Below are positions 61,736-64,000 of a stretch of 64,000 bases of DNA, piece by piece. Below the pieces are notes generated by a model that was not told where the DNA came from, did no database searches, and saw only the letters and a list, made by a program, of their open reading frames with translations. Both the position numbers and the translations under genes were made by a program. The stretch is from Ranitomeya imitator (Eukaryota): the NCBI RefSeq assembly GCF_032444005.1, contig NC_091282.1:516398001-516462000 (forward strand), written 5' to 3'. Each line of letters starts with the position of its first letter. The first letter of the stretch is position 1.

Positions 61736-64000
61736 CAAGGACTATCTGTACCCATCATTTTTCCTCAGCTGGAGTAAGGGTAGGTGCACACAGTCACAAA
61801 TGATGCAGGTTGGATACTGTGTTCTTGTACAGCGTCCAGATGTGACAACATAGTAGATGGGATTTCAAGAAATCCCATACCCACTTTGCGTGCACAGATG
61901 CCCACAGCTAACCCACAGAGATGGACATGCGGCGCATCTAGTCAGACCGCAGCATATCTATTTATCTTGCGGAGACGGTAGTCTCTGCAAGATACATCTC
62001 ATTCACTGCATTGAAGGTGCTGCCGATTACTCAACCTCTGAACCTACCCTAAAGAGGCTGGAAAACAAGCGTAGAACGACTTCAATATTGTCAATCACAC
62101 TTATTTACCGGCCTGAACTTAGTGCTTAGAAATACAACAGAAATGTTTCTGTGTGATGGTACAATATGTGAGCATTTGGGGCCTCACATTAAACTTTTGC
62201 CCAGGGCCCCACTTTGTCTAAAACCAGCGCTGCCAATGAGACATTATGCATTGAGCTAATGCATCAAACTAAAATATTCAAAACTGAACTCAAGATTCTT
62301 ACATAACGTTTTCATCAGAATATATAATCCCAGTGCCATATTAAGGTGAACTTTTTGGTGATTGCCTAACCTGCTAGGCACAGCGCTAGGAGATTTAGGG
62401 CACTGTTCAACACCCCTGTGGGTGAATGGACTGCTACTTCCCTCTGTGTTGATTAAGACCAGTCACTTTCACAGAGTAAGCACTGCTTGAAAATAAACCT
62501 TTGGCGTACGCACACAGTGCAGCAGTGGGAGTCAGCACGCACACTCACATGCCTCTCTCCTCTCTGCTGTGACCCCTTGCTCCTTTGATACACTCCTCAG
62601 AGAGAGAAATTAAGTGAGGGTGGTGGATCGCATTGATGCAGCCAGGAGGAAGGATGTCTGTGAGCGTGCATTCTAGCTCCTGTTGATACACTTTTTAGGA
62701 AGCGCACCCTCTGGCCAAGTAAGCACTGTCAATGAACACAAAAGGAGGTTTATGGTAATTTAAGGGTCAGAATGATGCAACCAAATCTTTTGGCCACACC
62801 AAGGGTGCACCAAGCATCCTAAATTGCATGTCAAACAAAATGCTTTTGTTTACATTTATTATTAGCTTGGTTTACATAGTGATTTGGGAGTAACAAACTC
62901 CCTTTAAAAAATTATCAGTATGGTTTGCATTGGAGACAAAATAAATTTCCATGCATTTTCTTTCTTTACTGAAAAATATCCTAGCAGAATAATGCTATTG
63001 ACAACCCTGAAATGTGGATATGATGTTAGTTTGCACTCACCTTCTCACGCATACTCACATGCTGACCTAGAGTATCACACTATGCTAAAAATGAATTAAG
63101 TGGACCCCAAAGGCAGACCGCTCATCCACATCAAAGTTCTGCTGTCAGTACTCACCAACAACATGCCTACACACCAGTACACAGAAACGCACTAAACTCT
63201 CTAGCATCAATCGGAAAAACGTCCAGCAAGTTGGCATTCACAGATTAACATAGTCAGGCTGCGAGACCATTGGGCCAATTATGCTAATGACACTCTGACA
63301 GAGTTTGAGCCATGTGCCATCTTGCATGAGATAATTGCAGCACAGGTGTGGAGAAGATGGAGAACTTCATTTTGCTATGCAGCTGTGCACACTCGGAATG
63401 GTCCTCTGAGGGATTATACTGCCACTGCAGTGCCCTACCATGTGTATTTATAGTTATCTGGATACTCCATAGATCTGGATCTAACTGATTCTTCTCCTCT
63501 GGTGCAAGAACACTCCTATGATTTTATAGGTTACACTTGGATACTGTTCTTGCCAGGACATGATAGGGGACATTAGTTTACTGAAAAACCCTATGCCTAT
63601 TTTCTTCATCTGGAATTTGACTCTGGTCCACTACAAGAATTGGGTGAGATCTAAACCTTTATTTATGGCATTTATTTATGGTCTTTTTTGAACATAGCTC
63701 GTTTAACCGTATTCATTAAAAGTTAGGTTTTACATCTCTTGTGCTGCTATAAATAATTATGATTGAAGAGCATATGTTGCCAACTCCATAGATGGACTTT
63801 TTGCTTTAGAACTTTATTTCTTTATCATCTCCACGGTCTCTATCCGCTAAATTGGACTACACTGGGATGACATCCAAGTGCAATTCGATATTTTACCCAT
63901 AGAGCTGAAGGGGTACACATAGTCCAATATTGGATGTACTCATAGCATGCTGTCGAAACACAGATCTGCAGTGCCCCATAGTATAACATTGGGCCAAGTG

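Larger units (their letters stand above)
58966..62232. mobile_element. Non-autonomous hAT element carrying a minisatellite and an LTR-like insert
   Basis: Perfect 8-bp TSD CCAATGAG at 58958-58965 and 62233-62240; termini CAGGGC...GCGCTG. Confidence 0.85.

Noticed and set aside
59195-61777. Cys/His/Tyr-rich ORFs up to 186 aa
   Set aside because: Translations of the 21-bp minisatellite on both strands.

Overview
Eukaryotic, almost entirely repeat-derived DNA with no supportable intact host protein-coding gene. The repeat repertoire (CR1, L2, a Ngaro/DIRS-type element, a chromodomain Gypsy, hAT, piggyBac-like, Kolobok/T2-, Harbinger- and Tc1-type MITEs) suggests an anuran amphibian; this is inference, not a database result. 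Main structures: (1) two related TTAA-flanked piggyBac-like non-autonomous elements (5404-8983, 43925-48966) carrying ~390-bp tandem units and a telomere-like (CCCTAA)n module; (2) a CR1 LINE split by a solo LTR (10135-13588); (3) an 11.1-kb hAT transposon with a perfect 8-bp TSD, three internal tandem arrays and a ~1190-codon BED-hAT transposase broken by two stops and one frameshift (14007-25109); (4) a nested stack in which a DIRS-order element holds a solo LTR, which holds a 5.7-kb two-LTR Gypsy chromovirus, with a separate Penelope-like inverted insert carrying a degenerate hammerhead motif (about 25400-35775); (5) many MITEs, an L2 3' end, and a minisatellite-carrying hAT element (58966-62232). 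Two N gaps. Coordinates and TSDs were read by eye; family names come from motif recognition.
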